The translations under genes and the position numbers were made by a program. DNA of 64,000 nt, from assembly GCA_033762115.1 (NCBI GenBank), contig JANRLX010000022.1:22003-86002 (forward strand), written 5' to 3'. This document shows, piece by piece, positions 60,873 to 64,000 of the stretch; position 1 is the first letter of the stretch, and every line of letters begins with the position of its first letter. The DNA comes from Verrucomicrobiota bacterium. GTDB taxonomy: Bacteria; Verrucomicrobiota; Verrucomicrobiia; Limisphaerales; SXQI01. Below the pieces are notes generated by a model. That model had not been told where the DNA came from and ran no database searches. It saw nothing but the letters and a program-made list of their open reading frames with translations.

Positions 60873-61262
60873 CTAAAAGGACCTGGCAATGTGGAAGTAC
60901 AAGCGATCTCGAGTACTCTTTTGTTGAATCTCGACATTTAATCGAATAGGTCCCTCATCTTTTCGAACCCTAAATGAACCATAATTCGGATTCGTTTCCT
61001 TTACCAAGGGAGAGGAGCCCTGATCAATTGTAAGTAAGACTGGGCATTCATAGTCGCGTGATGGAGGTATAACTGAGAGCGGTCGATTGTTCGAGTTGGT
61101 GGAAACAGCGAAGACATATTTTCCGGGTGGAAGTTGTGCCGTTAAATCCAACACGTTATTCACTGGTTGCGATAGGGAGAACCGTTGAGGAACGGCCTTC
61201 AAAAGACAATAGGAAATCAAAAACCCTATTCCCAAGCTTATGGTGATAATTACGAATTTCAT
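60873..61262 (-). CDS. Putative RHS immunity protein (N-terminal TM/signal)
   Basis: 129 aa, starts 9 nt after the RHS-CT stop, AT-richer than the core genes, hydrophobic N-terminus. Confidence 0.6.
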   Translation of the reverse strand: MKFVIITISLGIGFLISYCLLKAVPQRFSLSQPVNNVLDLTAQLPPGKYVFAVSTNSNNRPLSVIPPSRDYECPVLLTIDQGSSPLVKETNPNYGSFRVRKDEGPIRLNVEIQQKSTRDRLYFHIARSF

Positions 61263-61271
61263 TATGGATTA

Positions 61272-62070
61272 TTAGTATGTCACCGTAGGATCGGGATAGA
61301 GATCGTTTGTTGCTCCACATTTTGAAAGAACTTCTGAAACAGCGTGACCACAGTTGTTATGCCAAGTACTGTAATTCTCAGATTTAGGCCAATTTTTCTT
61401 AGCACATTCGTTGAAATCTTCACATCGCATGCATGTTGGAATCATTATTGGTTGCCTTCTTGCAGTTCGATGGTTCTCACCATCGGCACTGCCACCATGG
61501 GTCAGTCTAGTACCGTCACTCAGAATGAGGAACAAATGCGGATACAATGCGCCACTGATACTTTCGTGAAGCCGATCCCACCAGCTCGGATCATCATTTG
61601 GGTCAATCGCTCGTGAAATTATTTCACCGCATTTTTTACTCCCCTCGATTCTTCCATCAATGTCGATTTCGGAAAGCGCTCGATTGAAAACGAACACATA
61701 AAGATTTCCTGATTCAGGTGTTCTTTTGCTTCTTTCGCGCAAAAGAATTTTGTGGCCCGTTTCAGTCAAAGGGTCACGGCTGGTCCAACGGCCCGTGCTC
61801 GGCGTGTAATATCTGTAACCGTAGTAACAGTATCCTGTCTCGCTGTCTGTGTATTTGGTTGAGAAGCGGATCGGGGTCACATCAGCCATTTCGCCCGTCG
61901 CACGAATGGTCTGACCGAAGGAATCATACTCGTAGGTCGCTGACACGGTTCCATCAGTGGCGGCGACGAGACCAGCGACATTGCCATTGCCATCGAACGC
62001 CACGAAATGCGTCCCGCTGCTTGCGCTTTTCACTGCGAGCAATCCTCCCACACCGCCAGCCCCTTGCAAG
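61272..62070 (-). pseudogene. 5'-truncated RHS core with C-terminal toxin domain
   Basis: LQGAGGVGGLL, YEYDSFG, RFSTKYTDSETGYCYYGYRYY...GRWTSRDP, and NLYVFV.N....ID.DG cleavage-like motif followed by a variable CT; the 5' part is replaced by IS sequence. Confidence 0.85.
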
Positions 62071-62118
62071 GGTAATAATATACTTGACACAGTAGCATGA
62101 TTCCATTAATTTCAGGCC

Positions 62119-63054
62119 ATGAAAAGCGAATCGCCGCAGACTTTGCAAGAAGCTATAGAGTATTTTGACAATGCGGAAATCACGTTCAATTTCATGGTTA
62201 AGCTCCGTTGGCCTAATGGGGCTTGCTGTCCGCGTTGTGGCGACAATAACCCGCGATTCATCCAGACGCGCAAGATTTGGGAATGCCGAAAGTGCAAAGA
62301 GAAAAAGCAGTTCTCGGTAAAAGTCGGAACGATTTTTGAAGATAGCGCATTGCCGCTGAACAAATGGCTCACCGCTATTTGGTTAATCGCCAACGCGAAA
62401 AATGGCGTCAGTTCCTACGAGATTCACCGTGCGCTTGGAGTCACACAAAAAACCGGGTGGTTCATGTTGCAGCGTATTCGGCTGGCGATGCAGACCGGAA
62501 CGTTTGAGAAGTTTTCCGGGATAGTCGAAGCGGACGAAACCTACATTGGTGGACTCGCCCGCAACATGCATGTCTCACGCAATCGCAAACGCGGGCGCGG
62601 TACTGGCGGCGTGGGGAAACAGATCGTAATGGGCCTGCTGGAGCGGGGAGGCAAAGTTAAGGCAAAACACGTTCCCAATGCACGACGCGCAACGGTTCAA
62701 GGCGAGGTGCGTCAGCATGTTGCGGTAGGCTCACACGTGTTCACCGATGCGCTGGCGTCATATGCTGGACTGAATGGTGATTATATTCACAAGGCGATTG
62801 ACCATGCTGAGTGCTACGTTAAAGGCAACGTCCACACGAACGGCTTGGAAAATTTTTGGTGCTTGCTTAAACGTTGCATAAAAGGAACATACGTCAGCGT
62901 TGAACCATTTCACCTGTTCCGTTACTTGGACGAAGAGGTGTTTCGGTATAACAATCGGAAGGACAATGACGGACTTCGATTTTTGAAAGCGGTTGATGGA
63001 ATTGCGGGACGGCGGTTGACGTACAAGCAGTTAACGGGTGATGAGGGAAGCTGA
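62119..63054 (+). CDS. IS1595-family (ISXO2-like) DDE transposase
   Basis: RWPNG..CPRCG...WECRKC zinc ribbon, FSVKVGTIFEDS, VEADETYIGG, VFTD, HTNGLENFW and YLDE..FRYN. Confidence 0.93.
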   Translation: MKSESPQTLQEAIEYFDNAEITFNFMVKLRWPNGACCPRCGDNNPRFIQTRKIWECRKCKEKKQFSVKVGTIFEDSALPLNKWLTAIWLIANAKNGVSSYEIHRALGVTQKTGWFMLQRIRLAMQTGTFEKFSGIVEADETYIGGLARNMHVSRNRKRGRGTGGVGKQIVMGLLERGGKVKAKHVPNARRATVQGEVRQHVAVGSHVFTDALASYAGLNGDYIHKAIDHAECYVKGNVHTNGLENFWCLLKRCIKGTYVSVEPFHLFRYLDEEVFRYNNRKDNDGLRFLKAVDGIAGRRLTYKQLTGDEGS

Positions 63055-63099
63055 CTGTCGGCAAAGCGGCAATATCGCGGCCATCGGCGAGGTTAGGTT

Positions 63100-64000
63100 A
63101 TGACTTCACACGTCTCTGAAATCAGAGCAGAAGACGCGGCGCGTGAACTTCTCGCGATTCGTGGATGGGATGTTGCGCCCCCGCCACGTGGAAACTTGTT
63201 ACGTCGAAATGAGTATTTAGCATATCCACTATTAGCAGAGGCGCTTGCCCAATCCTCCAAAAGCGGTGGAGGCCAAGGCTATCCCGATTTCATCGTAGTT
63301 GATAACAGGCAGAAACTGCCGTTGATAATAGGAGAAACCAAAGCAGCGCGGGACAAGATCAACAATGCTTCTGCTGAAGCTCGTTCGTATGCTTCCGCAT
63401 TTACTCGAATGGGCATCAACGTGCTTGCGGTTGGCGTAGCGGGCAGCGTGCAGCATGATATTTCCGTTCGGGTTCAAAAGCGAGAGGACGACCACTGGCG
63501 TTCAATTGAATTTCGTAGGAATCCTATTGAATGGATACCTACTCCGGACGAAACCCAGCGACTACTTCTTAATCCCGACTTGTTCATCCTCGATCCCGAG
63601 GTGCCGCCTGCACAAGTGCTGGAGACGAAGGCTGAGGAAATCAATCGCATCCTACGCGAATGCCGAATCAGTGACGCTCGCAGGCCAGCGGCGGTGGCTG
63701 CGTTTATGGTGGGCGTGTGGAAAACTCAGGGACAGATTCGAATCCAACCAGCACACGTTTTGTCGGATATTAACGCTGCGTGCAGAAAAGCCTTCCAAGA
63801 TGCTGGAAAACATGAATTGGTCGATAGTATCGTAGTGGACGCGGCAAACGATGCTTTGGCTGACCAAGCCCATAGGATTTTGAGAATCCTACGACTATTG
63901 AATGTCACAACTTTGACGGGTGCTCATGATTACCTAGGGCAATTGTACGAACACTTTTTTAGATTTGCTGGCGGAAATACAATAGGACAATTCTTCACTC
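63100..64000 (+). CDS. Fused restriction endonuclease / N6-adenine methyltransferase (Type IIB BcgI-alpha-like or IIG), partial
   Basis: Not in the ORF track; open for 300 codons to the window end. Has PD-(D/E)xK motif YPDFIVV...IIGETK, and DYLGQLYEHFFRFAGGNTIGQFFT preceding the MTase domain. Confidence 0.8.
   Translation, partial: MTSHVSEIRAEDAARELLAIRGWDVAPPPRGNLLRRNEYLAYPLLAEALAQSSKSGGGQGYPDFIVVDNRQKLPLIIGETKAARDKINNASAEARSYASAFTRMGINVLAVGVAGSVQHDISVRVQKREDDHWRSIEFRRNPIEWIPTPDETQRLLLNPDLFILDPEVPPAQVLETKAEEINRILRECRISDARRPAAVAAFMVGVWKTQGQIRIQPAHVLSDINAACRKAFQDAGKHELVDSIVVDAANDALADQAHRILRILRLLNVTTLTGAHDYLGQLYEHFFRFAGGNTIGQFFT

Larger units (their letters stand above)
62071..64000 (+). mobile_element. 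IS1595-family element, probably with passenger gene(s); right end outside the window
   Basis: Sharp junction with RHS at about 62070 (GGTAATAATATACTTGACAC), TTGACA-N17-TAATTT promoter, transposase, and no matching inverted repeat seen downstream of the transposase. Confidence 0.7.

Noticed and set aside
63232..63908. Short ORFs listed in the track near the right end
   Set aside because: They are shadows of the open + strand R-M reading frame starting at 63100.
1..64000. CRISPR array, rRNA or prophage genes
   Set aside because: No regularly spaced repeats, rRNA signatures or phage structural genes were seen.

Overview
Bacterial chromosomal segment, most likely from a Verrucomicrobiota (Pedosphaerales-like) genome; this is inferred from gene content (DUF1552, DUF1080, BatA, prepilin/DUF1559-type and Verrucomicrobia-style RHS proteins). 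It is mostly housekeeping: lptB (partial), uvrD/pcrA, a Ku-less Prim-Pol + LigC-type ligase pair, an M16 peptidase, mnmE, trmB, pyk, nuoB-N, prc, rnpB, a MacAB-TolC-like exporter, pyrC and two tRNAs. Main observations: (1) a complete promoter / 33-codon leader / antiterminator / terminator attenuator in front of a 112-aa gene of unknown function (45.8-46.5 kb); (2) a tRNA-Gln(CTG) lying antisense inside the nuo cluster, which lacks nuoA and has a perfect Rex-type operator upstream; (3) an island after tRNA-Gly holding an orphan RHS toxin with a putative permuted papain-like C-terminal domain and a putative immunity gene, cut by an IS1595-family element that appears to carry a fused restriction-modification gene as cargo; (4) a G>C to C>G skew switch suggesting the replication terminus; (5) a frameshifted DUF72 gene and several candidate small ORFs and sRNAs. 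All calls come from motif recognition by eye; no searches were run.
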